A stretch of 61,691 nt of DNA, counting the filler. It is 4 parts of 4 records of this genome, joined end to end, with 100 filler letters (N's around TTAATTAATTAA, not from the genome) between each part and the next. Parts side by side here need not be neighbours in the genome. Positions count along the whole stretch, not along the records: positions 1 to 20,983 come from DRR723986_1447; positions 21,084 to 46,379 come from DRR723986_1449; 2 more parts are not named here. The stretch is one strand, 5' to 3'. The position numbers and the translations under genes are program-made. Below the pieces are notes generated by a model, which saw nothing but the letters and a program-made list of their open reading frames with translations, was not told the origin of the DNA and ran no database searches. This document shows positions 20,596 through 30,848 of this stretch, piece by piece (within the stretch, counting starts at the first letter, position 1; each line of letters begins with the position of its first letter).

Positions 20596-20983
20596 AAGCG
20601 TGTTTCTCCACGTAATACAAACGCCGAGGGGATATCATGTTTGTGTATAAGCTCTTTACCCTGGATTGGTCACAGGCACAGATGCTGCAGCCGCAGAGAC
20701 TCAAGACGTCGAGAGTGCAGACTCAAGACTAGCGACTAAAATGCTGAGTGATAGAATTGCAAATGTTAACCCAGGAGCCTGGCGGGTAACGCGGTTGATT
20801 GAGTAATTGATTATTAGTCGAAATTCAGACGCCACGGGACGCGGCACAGTTTTCCTTAGGCGAACGGTGCATCTTGTTAAGTAGGCGCGAAGTCCAATGA
20901 CTTGCTAATGTTTGTGCCGCAAAATTAATTTGCCTTGCATTGAGTGCGTGTCGGCTTGCAAATTGTCGGTGGGGGCTTGTTTC

Positions 20984-21083
20984 NNNNNNNNNNNNNNNNN
21001 NNNNNNNNNNNNNNNNNNNNNNNNNNNTTAATTAATTAANNNNNNNNNNNNNNNNNNNNNNNNNNNNNNNNNNNNNNNNNNNN
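20984..21083. other. Artificial contig linker
   Basis: N-run, TTAATTAATTAA (stops in all six frames), N-run; composition changes across it. Confidence 0.98.
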
Positions 21084-21577
21084 ATGCGCCGCGCCACCAG
21101 ACCGGCGATCTGCACCACGGCCAGTTCCTGCCCGTTGTCCATCTTGACGCAAAGGCTGTTGCGTTCGTTGTCAACGCTGGCCTTGTCCAGAGAGGCATTG
21201 AAAAACTTGCCGGGGCGATAGCTGACTGCGCGGATTTCGCCCGCAACCGGCGTGCGGTTCACATGGCAATTGAACACATTCATGAATACGCTCACACGGG
21301 TCAGCGCCTCATCCGGCATGCCCAGTTCGGCGGGCGGCACCGCAGGTTCAATCAGGGAAATCACCCCATCGGCGGGGCTGATGATCAGTCCGGGCCGGTC
21401 CGGTGTGACCCGCTCAGGATCGCGAAAGAAATAGTAACACCACACCGTCAGGCCAACGCCGATCCAGCCCAGAAAGGTTGAGATCAGGAACAGGACCAAA
21501 GTGACAGCCGCAAAAATGGCAACAAATTTGATGCCTTCAGGGTGCATTGGTTTGATGAAGGTGCCCATCATTTGCAT
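21084..21577 (-). CDS. psd: Phosphatidylserine decarboxylase, 3' end truncated by the gap
   Basis: [39 protein letters not shown]. Confidence 0.93.
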
Positions 21578-22111
21578 GGTGTCTTTTCCTTGTGGCAGAT
21601 ACCGCATCCCTCATAAGGCGATTGGGCAAGAGTGCAAGGGTATTCACACCGCTATCGGCTGAGCCTGCGGAGCTGCGCCGCAGCGTCAGGAAGACGGAAC
21701 AGGTACGGCCATCCGGCCTCCGACGCCCCCAATCGCCACCACCCCGCGGCAGCGCCGCGGGCCTGAATGTGGTGCGCGCCATGGCCGTTTCAAGGCTGGC
21801 GCCCGCGATAGGGGACAACAGCTCGACAACCCGTGTCAAAGCCAGATGCGCACCGGTTAAGGTGCCATCCACGATCAGTCCGGCACAGGCTGCATGGCAA
21901 TCCAGCACCGCATCCCCGAGACCGGGTACATCTGCGACCAATAACTGCCTCGGGGCGGGTTTTGCCATCTTGGAGCTTTACGCCCCTAAAGCGGCTGGGC
22001 CTGAGCGTCGAAGTTGCTGCCGGTCCGGCCAACCGCAACACTTTGGTCTAGAACCGGACCATGGCACCTCCAATGTTGCGGGCGCCAATGGGCGGGTTTC
22101 AAGCCGCAGGG

Positions 22112-22561
22112 TTACGCCGCCTGTGCCCGGGCGATTATCTGCTTCATGTGAACAACATAGCTTTCGGGCAGGTCCAGTTCGTCCAACCCTTTGAAGATCG
22201 GGCGCACATAGTCGTCACTGGGCGCAATCATGCGGGTCAATCCCGGTATCTCATAGGTCACAGAAGGCACCTCATTGCCATCTGCATCAATGAGCGTGAT
22301 CTCTTTGCGGGCCCACATATCCTCTGACACAGCGGCCTTATCCAGCTTTTCCATGTCTTCCTGGCTCAACTCGTACTGGATTCCGTACATGACATCATCG
22401 GGGGCCACATCCAGTGTGCATCCGGTCACGCCATCGCGTTTGCAAGCGCCAAAGCCCATCCGATAGCCCTTGAGTTTCATAATGCCCAGAGGTTTGGCAG
22501 AGGGGGCAAACTTCTGCATGCCTTCGACATCCAGCAGTGTCCCGTAGGCAAAGTAATTCAT
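22112..22561 (-). CDS. Gamma-glutamylcyclotransferase (GGCT/AIG2-like) family protein
   Basis: N-terminal YFAYGTLL; APSDDYV; last gene of the ABC operon. Confidence 0.82.
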   Translation of the reverse strand: MNYFAYGTLLDVEGMQKFAPSAKPLGIMKLKGYRMGFGACKRDGVTGCTLDVAPDDVMYGIQYELSQEDMEKLDKAAVSEDMWARKEITLIDADGNEVPSVTYEIPGLTRMIAPSDDYVRPIFKGLDELDLPESYVVHMKQIIARAQAA

Positions 22562-22673
22562 CTCTCGTTCCTTTCGTTCATCTTAACCAACTGTCTAAAA
22601 CCTGCTTTTGGCCATATCGCGCCGCGCCCTGACCATGCCGTTTTTTTTGCGCGAGGGCGGCGGGGTCGCCGGT

Positions 22674-23696
22674 TCACCCAAACGCCGAGGCGGCGCTCCA
22701 TACCTTTGGGCTGGCGGCCTCCGCGCGAATATCTTCTATGTCTTCAATTCGATGACAGGCCGCGCGATGCCCCACTGCGACTTCTTGCATCGCCGGAAAC
22801 TCCTGATGGCATTGATCGCGGGAAAATGGGCAACGCGGCGCAAAGCGGCAGCCTTTTGGCGGATCCACCAGATCGGGCGGCGCGCCGGGGATGGCAATCG
22901 GCTCGGCCTCGCTGTTGAGATCCGGCAGAGAGTTTTTCAACCCTAATGTATAGGGGTGAAACGGCGTGTTCACGACATGGGCTGTTGGTCCCTCCTCGAC
23001 GATGACACCACCATACATCACCGCCATACGGTCACAATTCTCGATCACCAGCGCCAGATCATGTGTCACCAGCAAGATCGAAAAGCCGAACTGGGTTTGC
23101 AGATCACGAATGCGACGGAATATCTGGTCCTGGACAATCACATCCAACGAGGTTGTCGGCTCATCCGCCAGAACCACAGAGGGGTTCAGTACCAGCGCCA
23201 TGGCAATGATTGCCCGTTGCCGCATGCCGCCCGAGAACTGATGCGGAAACTCGCGAAAACGTTTGGGATCAACACCGACAAGTTCGAACAATTCTTTGGC
23301 GCGTGCCGTTGCCTCACGGCGTGAGACATTCTCGTGCGCCTTGATGGCATCAATGATCTGATCGCCCACCCGATGCACGGGGTCAAGCGCGTTCAAAGCA
23401 CTTTGGGTGATCATCGACATATCTTTCCAACGCCTTTGACGGCGGCGCTCTGGCGTGGCGGTGATCATGTCCTCGCCTTCCAGACGTACCGCACCTGACT
23501 GGATCTCTGCGTTGCTCGGCAGAACCCCCATGACAGATTTCAAAAACGTGCTTTTGCCGCAGCCGGATTCGCCGACCAAACCAAGGTTTTCACCGGCCTC
23601 AAGCACCAGGTTCACCCCTTGCAAGGCGGCGGCCGGGCCGCGGTCCGTGCGGTATCGGACGGACAGATCTGTGACGGACAAGCGAGGATCACCCAT
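22674..23696 (-). CDS. Peptide ABC transporter ATP-binding subunit (DppD/OppD-like)
   Basis: [31 protein letters not shown]...GCRFAPRC. Confidence 0.93.
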   Translation of the reverse strand: MGDPRLSVTDLSVRYRTDRGPAAALQGVNLVLEAGENLGLVGESGCGKSTFLKSVMGVLPSNAEIQSGAVRLEGEDMITATPERRRQRRWKDMSMITQSALNALDPVHRVGDQIIDAIKAHENVSRREATARAKELFELVGVDPKRFREFPHQFSGGMRQRAIIAMALVLNPSVVLADEPTTSLDVIVQDQIFRRIRDLQTQFGFSILLVTHDLALVIENCDRMAVMYGGVIVEEGPTAHVVNTPFHPYTLGLKNSLPDLNSEAEPIAIPGAPPDLVDPPKGCRFAPRCPFSRDQCHQEFPAMQEVAVGHRAACHRIEDIEDIRAEAASPKVWSAASAFG

Positions 23697-23698
23697 GA

Positions 23699-24631
23699 TC
23701 ACAGCCCCCGCAGGCGCGGATTGACCGCTTCTTCATAGGCGCGTCCGATGAAATAAACAGAGCTGACCAACACCATGATCGCGGCACCTGGCGGAACCAC
23801 CCACCAGGGTGCGCGGTACATCATCTGGCTGGCAAAGGCCAGATAGATCACCGATCCCCAGCTGACCACCTCAGGGTCGCTATAGCCAAGGAAGCCGATG
23901 CTTGCTTCGGTGATGATCGCCCATGCCAGCGCAAAGGCGATGTTCACCAGTGCCAGTGGCAGGATATTTGGGGCAATCTCGCGGTAGATGATGGTCCAAT
24001 CGCTGGCCCCAGACACACGAGCAGCGGCGATAAACGGCATTTCCTTGAGGGACAGCACCTGCGCCCGGATCACCCGCGCGGTGGAGCGCCACATCACAAG
24101 GGTCATGGCAAAGATGATGGTCCAGATGCTACGCCCTGAGATCGAGAGGACCACAATGATAAAAGGTAGGAACGGCAGACCCAGAAACACATCCGTGACG
24201 CGCATCAGGATCGCGTCGGTCTTGCCACCGAAATAGCCGGAGATCAGGCCGATATTGACGCCGATCACCACCACGCCCAGCGCGGTCAACACCCCCACCA
24301 GCATCGCGGGCCTTGCGCCCCACAAGATCTGACTGAACACGTCCCGTCCCAGAGAGGTAGTGCCCAACCAATGTTCCATCGATGGCGGTGCCAGCCGCAC
24401 CAGCTTGCCCGCTTCGTCGTAATTGCGTTCCATCGGATCAAAGGGCGCGATCAGCGGCCCAAAGATCGCCAACAGGCCGCAGAAGACAAAGATCCAGAAG
24501 GCGACCTTGCCCGACCATGTTTGGTTCACGGTGCGAAAGAATTGCCGGGCAAAGGCCAGTGGCCCTTTCTCAAGCTGCGCCCCCTCGCCCGCGATCTGTG
24601 CCTTGCGGGTATCGACCGTTGTCTCAGTCAT
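23699..24631 (-). CDS. Peptide ABC transporter permease (DppC/OppC-like)
   Basis: [17 protein letters not shown]-type loop [11 protein letters not shown], multiple TM helices. Confidence 0.92.
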   Translation of the reverse strand: MTETTVDTRKAQIAGEGAQLEKGPLAFARQFFRTVNQTWSGKVAFWIFVFCGLLAIFGPLIAPFDPMERNYDEAGKLVRLAPPSMEHWLGTTSLGRDVFSQILWGARPAMLVGVLTALGVVVIGVNIGLISGYFGGKTDAILMRVTDVFLGLPFLPFIIVVLSISGRSIWTIIFAMTLVMWRSTARVIRAQVLSLKEMPFIAAARVSGASDWTIIYREIAPNILPLALVNIAFALAWAIITEASIGFLGYSDPEVVSWGSVIYLAFASQMMYRAPWWVVPPGAAIMVLVSSVYFIGRAYEEAVNPRLRGL

Positions 24632-25595
24632 AAACAATCCTCGGATCCAAAAGCCCATAAAGAAGATCAGCCGCAAAGGTGCCCAGCACGGTCAATACGG
24701 CGATCAGGAAAAACGCGGCCTGCACGACCGGATAATCCGATGTCTCGACGCCCTGGATCATCAGCAGGCCCAACCCCGGCCAGGAAAAGACGGTTTCGAT
24801 CACGACAGAGCCCGCCACCGCCCAGCCAAGGATCATCGGGATCGTGGTCGCCACCGGCAGCATGGAATTGCGGGCCGCGTGGTGAAACAGGATACGGCGT
24901 TCTTTCAGCCCCTTCATGCGGGCCAGTTCGATAAAATCCTCACCAATCGTGCCCAACATGCTGGAGCGCATGAGTAGCAGCGGGAAACATATCTGATAGG
25001 CGGTGTTCACCATGAACGGCAGGGCCAGATGGTGCAGAAAATCCTTGGAAAAATACATTGCAAGTGTCGGTTCGGGAAAGGTGCCGGGGGTCACGATATG
25101 GCCAGCGGGGAACCAATCCAGCCAAAGGGAAAACACCAGGATCGCCAGCATTGCAACCCAGAAAACCGGCGCAGATTGAAAGGCCGTGGCCGCAAACACA
25201 ACGGAGAATTCCGCCTTGCCACCGCGCCACCATGCCATGACCGCGCCGATGATCATGCCCATTGCATAGGCGGCGATGAGTGATGGCAGGATCAGCATAA
25301 TCGTGTTCATCAACCGCCCCTCAATCAGCTCTGCCACAGAGCGGTTGGTGCGAAAGGACACACCAAAATCAAACTGGGCGTAATTCTTGAGGTAGATCAG
25401 GAACTGTTGATGCAGCGGTTTGTCGAGGCCGAATTGCTCCATCATGGCGGCCTGGGCTTTGGGGTAAAGTGCGTCGCTGATCACCATCGCCGTGGGATCG
25501 CCGGGCATTAGCCGGAACAAAAAGAACATCAGGACCAGCATCGCCAGCAGGGTCAGCACCATGTGAACCAGACGTGTGACAAGATACTTACCCAT
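24624..25595 (-). CDS. Peptide ABC transporter permease (DppB/OppB-like)
   Basis: MPGDP, GLDKPLHQQF, ARMKGL, VIETVFSWPGLG; ATG at 25595. Confidence 0.92.
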   Translation of the reverse strand: MGKYLVTRLVHMVLTLLAMLVLMFFLFRLMPGDPTAMVISDALYPKAQAAMMEQFGLDKPLHQQFLIYLKNYAQFDFGVSFRTNRSVAELIEGRLMNTIMLILPSLIAAYAMGMIIGAVMAWWRGGKAEFSVVFAATAFQSAPVFWVAMLAILVFSLWLDWFPAGHIVTPGTFPEPTLAMYFSKDFLHHLALPFMVNTAYQICFPLLLMRSSMLGTIGEDFIELARMKGLKERRILFHHAARNSMLPVATTIPMILGWAVAGSVVIETVFSWPGLGLLMIQGVETSDYPVVQAAFFLIAVLTVLGTFAADLLYGLLDPRIVYD

Positions 25596-26583
25596 TGGCG
25601 GCGTCCTCCGCTGTTTCGGCCAGATGGCAGGCCACCATCTGTGTGCCGGTCGAGACCAGAGGCGGCGCCTGCGTTGCGCATTCTGCAATCGCCACCGGGC
25701 AACGGTCGCGGAACAGACAGCCCTCCTGCGGCCGGATCGCATCGGGCAAGGCGCCTTCGATCTGCGCGGCGGGCCGGCTGGCCCCCGGCACATGGCTGGG
25801 GATCGAAGCGATCAGCGCTTTGGTATAAGGATGGCTGGGGCGGCTCAGGATCGATTTGACCGGGCCAATCTCGACAATCTTGCCCAGATACATGATCGCC
25901 ACATCGTCACAGATCGTCGGTACAGTGGCCAGATCGTGGGTGATATAGACCAGCGACAGCTCCCGTTCGCGCACCAATTGGCGCAGCAGCCGGATGATGT
26001 CCCATTTGATCGACACATCCAGCATCGAAATCGGTTCATCCGCCACCAGAAACTTGGGTTCCAGCACAATTGCCCGCGCAATACACAGGCGCTGGCGCTG
26101 TCCCCCGCTCAGAAGGTGGGGATGTTTGTTGAGGTATAATTCCGGCGGGTTCAGGCCCACCTGCTGCATCGCTGCCAGAACGGCGGCGTGGATTTTGTCC
26201 CTGTCGGTCTCGCCCTGATAGACTAGCGGGCGCGAGACGATCTGAAACACATCGTGGCTGGGGTTAATCGACCCGTAGGGATCTTGAAACACCATTTGCA
26301 TCTGCCGGTGAAACGCCAGCCGATCGCGCAACCGCATTTCGCCAAGATCATCCTGATTGATGCGGATGCTGCCGGCTGTGGGATCTTCTAGCCCCACCAG
26401 CATCTTGGCCGTGGTGGATTTACCGCAACCGCTTTCGCCGACAATGCCCAGAACCTTGCCCGCATCAACCTTGAAGCTGATCCCGTCCACTGCGCGGACC
26501 ACCTTGTGGCGGTCCGCAGAGAAGAGTGACCTCAGCCCGGTCACCACCGGATAATGGCGAATGAGATCGTTTGCTTCAATCAT
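25588..26583 (-). CDS. Peptide ABC transporter ATP-binding subunit (DppF/OppF-like)
   Basis: [36 protein letters not shown] at 26583. Confidence 0.92.
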   Translation of the reverse strand: MIEANDLIRHYPVVTGLRSLFSADRHKVVRAVDGISFKVDAGKVLGIVGESGCGKSTTAKMLVGLEDPTAGSIRINQDDLGEMRLRDRLAFHRQMQMVFQDPYGSINPSHDVFQIVSRPLVYQGETDRDKIHAAVLAAMQQVGLNPPELYLNKHPHLLSGGQRQRLCIARAIVLEPKFLVADEPISMLDVSIKWDIIRLLRQLVRERELSLVYITHDLATVPTICDDVAIMYLGKIVEIGPVKSILSRPSHPYTKALIASIPSHVPGASRPAAQIEGALPDAIRPQEGCLFRDRCPVAIAECATQAPPLVSTGTQMVACHLAETAEDAANG

Positions 26584-26635
26584 CGGGGTGACCTGTCGTG
26601 CATTGAGGGCTGAGGTAAGGTTCAGGTTGCGTGGA

Positions 26636-28249
26636 TCACTTGGGCGGAAAGTGAAGGCGCCCGTTGTCATCCCAAGTGAATCCGGCGTCGGTCAGCATCT
26701 GCCGGGCTAGATCAAGATCAAACACCGGCGGTTTCAGCGCAGGATTGTGCCAATAGGCGTTGACCGGCACGATCGAACTGCCCGAGGCCGCCGCGAGACC
26801 GCCAAAGATGTCATTGATGATCGCATCATGGGGCACGGCATGGGCCAGCGCGCGGCGCAGATCCTTGTTCCAGAACACCGGCCCGGTGACCTTGTAGCGC
26901 ACGGAGTTATAGCCGTTCGACTTCGCCTCATACAGCTTGATATTGTCGAGGCCGCGGTATTCATCAATTGTGATCGGGACAATAGGCTGGAAGGAGGCGT
27001 CAATCTCGCCCTTGCGCAGCGATTGCATCACCACCTCGGCAGAACCGTAGACGATGCTCAGGATGTCTGACTGTGGTTCGCCAAAGTGATCCTTGCGGGC
27101 CGACAGGTACATCTCCTGCCCTTCCTTGCGGTATTTCACCGTGTAAGGGCCGCTACCGATGGGGCGATCATTGGCATAATCCTGCGGTTTCTCGATCCCC
27201 AGATCTTCCACCAGCGTACCCCAGACATGTTGCGGCAAGACATAGACCTGCCCCAGCGTGTTCATCACAAAGGGCGCATAGGGTTGGTTGAGGGTAAAGC
27301 GGATCGTGTTGTCTTCGACCACCGCAACATTATCCACCTTTTCCAGGTATTTGGTGAAATAGGCGGATTCCCACTTTTTCATGTATTCAAAAGTGAACTT
27401 CACGTCCTCAGGTGTCACCGGCTCTCCGTCAGAGAACGTGTGATCTGAGCGCATTTTCACATCGACGGTCAGGTCATCTACCACCTCAATGGACTCGGCC
27501 AACCACATGCGTGGCGATCCATCGGGTGCAAGCACCACAAGCTTGTCATAGATCAGGGCCAGATTGGTCAGGTCTTCGTTGGTGCTGGCCACCAGTGGGT
27601 TGAGCGTGGTGTAATCCACCGTCCAGCCGATGCGCACCGCGCCACCGTGTTTGGACTTCATCCGCATGATATTGTCGTTGGCGCGGATGCCCTCTGGTGA
27701 CGCCTCAAAGCCGTCGATCTCCATGTTGTCGCTATTGATCGCATGGGTGCTGATCGAATAGGTCACGATGGCCTCTGGCGGATCGCTATACAGCTCCTCT
27801 TGCAGGGCATAGATCACTTCGCGGCGTTCTTCGGGATCGTAGATGCCCAGCTGCTTTTCGCCCAGTTTGTCCACCACCGGATTGCTGTATTCCCCGACGT
27901 TCCAGTTGCCGGGCGCCGAATTTGCCGAGTTGAACTGTGAGTTGGTGAAAAAGTCCGGCTCAAGCCGCAGTGGATTGCCCGAAAGCGAGGACAGGACCGC
28001 GTCAAACTTATGTTCCTTGAACCACAGCGACAGCATTGGACTGGGGAAGGCCTGCGGGTTCATATTGACCTTCAGCCCCAGCTTCTCCCATTGCTCGGCC
28101 ACGTAGTTCGAAGTTTCAGCGTAGTGCGAGTATTTGGCCGCGGGCCAGGTCAGGAAATTGACCTCTGGCACCATTTCGCCGTCTTGCGCCATGGCGCTGA
28201 TGGGCAGAGCCATCAACACAGAGGCGGTCATTAAATTCCGAAACATCAT
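26636..28249 (-). CDS. ABC substrate-binding protein, family 5 (peptide/nickel type)
   Basis: Signal peptide; FSDGEPVTPEDVKFT, PIGSGPY, DLRRALAHAV; GGGAGGA RBS. Confidence 0.88.
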   Translation of the reverse strand: MMFRNLMTASVLMALPISAMAQDGEMVPEVNFLTWPAAKYSHYAETSNYVAEQWEKLGLKVNMNPQAFPSPMLSLWFKEHKFDAVLSSLSGNPLRLEPDFFTNSQFNSANSAPGNWNVGEYSNPVVDKLGEKQLGIYDPEERREVIYALQEELYSDPPEAIVTYSISTHAINSDNMEIDGFEASPEGIRANDNIMRMKSKHGGAVRIGWTVDYTTLNPLVASTNEDLTNLALIYDKLVVLAPDGSPRMWLAESIEVVDDLTVDVKMRSDHTFSDGEPVTPEDVKFTFEYMKKWESAYFTKYLEKVDNVAVVEDNTIRFTLNQPYAPFVMNTLGQVYVLPQHVWGTLVEDLGIEKPQDYANDRPIGSGPYTVKYRKEGQEMYLSARKDHFGEPQSDILSIVYGSAEVVMQSLRKGEIDASFQPIVPITIDEYRGLDNIKLYEAKSNGYNSVRYKVTGPVFWNKDLRRALAHAVPHDAIINDIFGGLAAASGSSIVPVNAYWHNPALKPPVFDLDLARQMLTDAGFTWDDNGRLHFPPK

Positions 28250-28473
28250 ACATCCTCCCCGATGCGAAAGTCAGAAACAGGATTACCGCAAACGCCCACC
28301 CTGCCCGTGCAGAGTAATTTTGACCCTTTTAGAGAGCATTTCTGCGCTTATCAGTTGCCCATTGCGAATTTATCCCTTTAGTTTGGAGGAATGCCGAGAC
28401 TTGTAAAATGAAGATTCCACCGACCATTCAGTCCAAAATGGAATGTTTGGTCGGTTGATGAGAGGGCCACCCC

Positions 28474-29394
28474 ATGAGACGCACCTTGCCGCCAACCAGT
28501 TCTTTGGCCTGTTTTGAATCAACCGTTCGCCTGGGGAGCGTCACCTTGGCCGCCGAGGAACTGAACCTGACGCAAAGCGCTGTGAGCAAACGCCTTTCGG
28601 GTCTCGAAGACCTGCTTGGCCGCGCGTTGTTCACCCGTGAACAGCGGCAACTGACCCCCACACCGGCGGCGCGGGAATATGCCAAGGAAGTCAGCGAGAT
28701 TATCAACCGATTGGAAATCTCGACGGCGCGGCTGATCTCCCAGGGGCGGCGCGGTGGTGTGCTGACCGTTGCCATTCTGCCGACCTTTGGCACCAGATGG
28801 CTGGTGCCGCGCCTAAGTGAATTTCTGTCAGAACACCCTTTGATCGAACTGAACCTGATCTCAAAGATCAGCCCCTTTGATTTTGAAAATGAAGTCACGG
28901 ATCTTGCTATCCACTTTGGCCTGCCAGAATGGGACAAGGCCCATTGCGAATACCTGATGGACGAGGCCGTCGTCGCCGTTTGCGCCCCTTCCGTGCTTGA
29001 ACTGGACCAACCCATGATGCAGGCCAGCGAAATTGCCTCACATACATTGATCCAGCACACCACGCGCCCCTATCTTTGGAATGATTGGCTGAAAAGTTGC
29101 GGCACCCGGCCAGTGGGCGCAACAGTTGGCCCGCGGTTTGAATTCTACGCCCATGTGATCGAGGCCGCGCTGGCGGGGATCGGCGTTGCGGTTTTGCCCG
29201 AGTTCCTGATCCAGAACGAGTTGGAGCGCGGCATGCTAAGGCTTGCCCATGACCATCGTTTGGTCTGCAAGGAACGGTATTACGCCGTCTATCCGGCCAA
29301 AAACTCGCACAATTCCAACGTCATAGACTTTGTGAACTGGCTCAAGATCAAATGCGAAGAACAGACACGATTGTCGCAACGCACCGAGGTTTGA
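28474..29394 (+). CDS. LysR-family regulator (GcvA-like)
   Basis: GSVTLAAEELNLTQSAVS HTH; LPTFGTRWLVPRL; divergent from the ABC operon. Confidence 0.93.
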   Translation: MRRTLPPTSSLACFESTVRLGSVTLAAEELNLTQSAVSKRLSGLEDLLGRALFTREQRQLTPTPAAREYAKEVSEIINRLEISTARLISQGRRGGVLTVAILPTFGTRWLVPRLSEFLSEHPLIELNLISKISPFDFENEVTDLAIHFGLPEWDKAHCEYLMDEAVVAVCAPSVLELDQPMMQASEIASHTLIQHTTRPYLWNDWLKSCGTRPVGATVGPRFEFYAHVIEAALAGIGVAVLPEFLIQNELERGMLRLAHDHRLVCKERYYAVYPAKNSHNSNVIDFVNWLKIKCEEQTRLSQRTEV

Positions 29395-29464
29395 GTCTGA
29401 CCCAGTCTTGCCCTTCCCGCCTTCGCAGGGCATCCCTTGGCCAAGGTAAAAAGGCGGAGACTCT

Positions 29465-30565
29465 GTGGAAACCGAATTTGCCATCATAGGCGGCGGAATT
29501 GTCGGGCTGTCATTGGCTTACGGCCTGCTGAGGCGCGGCAAGACAGTTTGCGTTCTGGATGAAGGTGACGGGGCCTTTCGCGCCTCTCGGGGCAATTTTG
29601 GTTTGGTCTGGGTGCAAAGCAAAGGTTTGCACCAACCGGCATATGCGCAATGGACACGCGCCTCTGCGCGAGATTACCGGAGTTTTGCGGATGAGATCGA
29701 GACAATCTCCGGTCTGCCGCTGAACCTGCAACAGGATGGCGGCTATATCATCCACATGAGCGAAGACAGCCTTGATGCGGATCGCAAGCTTTATGAAGGG
29801 CTGCGCAACCGGTTGGGGGGTGATTATCCGTTTGAGGTGATGGGGCACAATGCGCTGAAAACCGAAGAGCCCAACATCGGGCCGAAGGTTGCCGGGGCGC
29901 TCTATTGCAAAGAAGACGGGCATGTGAACCCCTTGCGATTGTTGCGCGGTCTCACGGTCGCGGTGCGCCATTTGGGCGGCACACTGCGGACCGGCCAAAA
30001 GGTGACAGACATCACACCGCAGGGCGCAGAGTTTTCCATTACCGCCGAGGATGCCGCGCCGATAACCGCAGAGAAGGTCGTGCTGGCCGCCGGACTGGGC
30101 GCGATGTCGCTGGGGTCAAGGCTGGGGTTCAAGGCCCCGATCCGCCCGCAACAGGGCCAGATCATCATCACCGAAAAACTGCCCAAGCTGATGAACCGGC
30201 CCAGTGTCGAGGTCCGGCAGGTCGATGAGGGCGGCATCCAGATTGGCGCCAGCAGCGCCGAGGTTGGGCTGAATGATCGCGAGGATGTGGCGACGGTGGC
30301 CGGACTGGCGGCGCATGCGGTGGATATGTTCCCGAAACTGGCCCGCGCCAAAATGCTGCGCAGTTGGGCGGCCTTGCGGATCATGTCGCCGGATGGTTTG
30401 CCGATTTACCAACGCTCAGCCCGGTATCCCGGCGCGTATTTTGTCACCTGCCACAGTGGCATCACGCTGGCGGCAGCCCATGCGGGGGTTTTGGGCGATT
30501 GGCTGACAGATGCGGCGGAACAACCTGACGTTTCGGCCTTTGGCGAGGATCGGTTTGATGTTTGA
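29465..30565 (+). CDS. FAD-dependent oxidoreductase, opine oxidase B / HcnC-like subunit
   Basis: IIGGGIVG, RASRGNFGLVWVQSKG, DGHVNP, TCHSGITLA. Confidence 0.88.
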   Translation: METEFAIIGGGIVGLSLAYGLLRRGKTVCVLDEGDGAFRASRGNFGLVWVQSKGLHQPAYAQWTRASARDYRSFADEIETISGLPLNLQQDGGYIIHMSEDSLDADRKLYEGLRNRLGGDYPFEVMGHNALKTEEPNIGPKVAGALYCKEDGHVNPLRLLRGLTVAVRHLGGTLRTGQKVTDITPQGAEFSITAEDAAPITAEKVVLAAGLGAMSLGSRLGFKAPIRPQQGQIIITEKLPKLMNRPSVEVRQVDEGGIQIGASSAEVGLNDREDVATVAGLAAHAVDMFPKLARAKMLRSWAALRIMSPDGLPIYQRSARYPGAYFVTCHSGITLAAAHAGVLGDWLTDAAEQPDVSAFGEDRFDV

Positions 30566-30848
30566 ACGGTTAGACCACAACGCCACAGCTCAGGTGCGGT
30601 TCACCTTCAACGGTGAAGCTGTGACGGGCATCGCCGGCGACAGCATCGCCGCCGCTTTGCTGGCTGCGGGCCACAAGGTGTTCCGAAAGACCCCGACAAC
30701 CGCCGCACCGCGCGGACCGTTTTGCATGATGGGCAGTTGTTTTGATTGTTTGGTCGTGGTGGATGGTGAAACGGTGCAGGCCTGCCAGATCCCCGCTCAA
30801 GACGGTCTCGTGGTTACATCCCCGCCCGTTCCGGGGGCGCAACCATGA
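30558..30848 (+). CDS. 2Fe-2S subunit (HcnA / OoxC-like)
   Basis: GDSIAAALL...RGPFCMMGSCFDC...QAC. Confidence 0.88.
   Translation: MFERLDHNATAQVRFTFNGEAVTGIAGDSIAAALLAAGHKVFRKTPTTAAPRGPFCMMGSCFDCLVVVDGETVQACQIPAQDGLVVTSPPVPGAQP

Noticed and set aside
21028-21039. TTAATTAATTAA palindrome as a biological site
   Set aside because: Embedded in N-runs and repeated identically at all three junctions; an artificial linker
21537-21968. 143-aa minus-strand ORF upstream of psd
   Set aside because: No clear RBS or motif and it overlaps the psd start; it may be a real or decayed gene but cannot be supported
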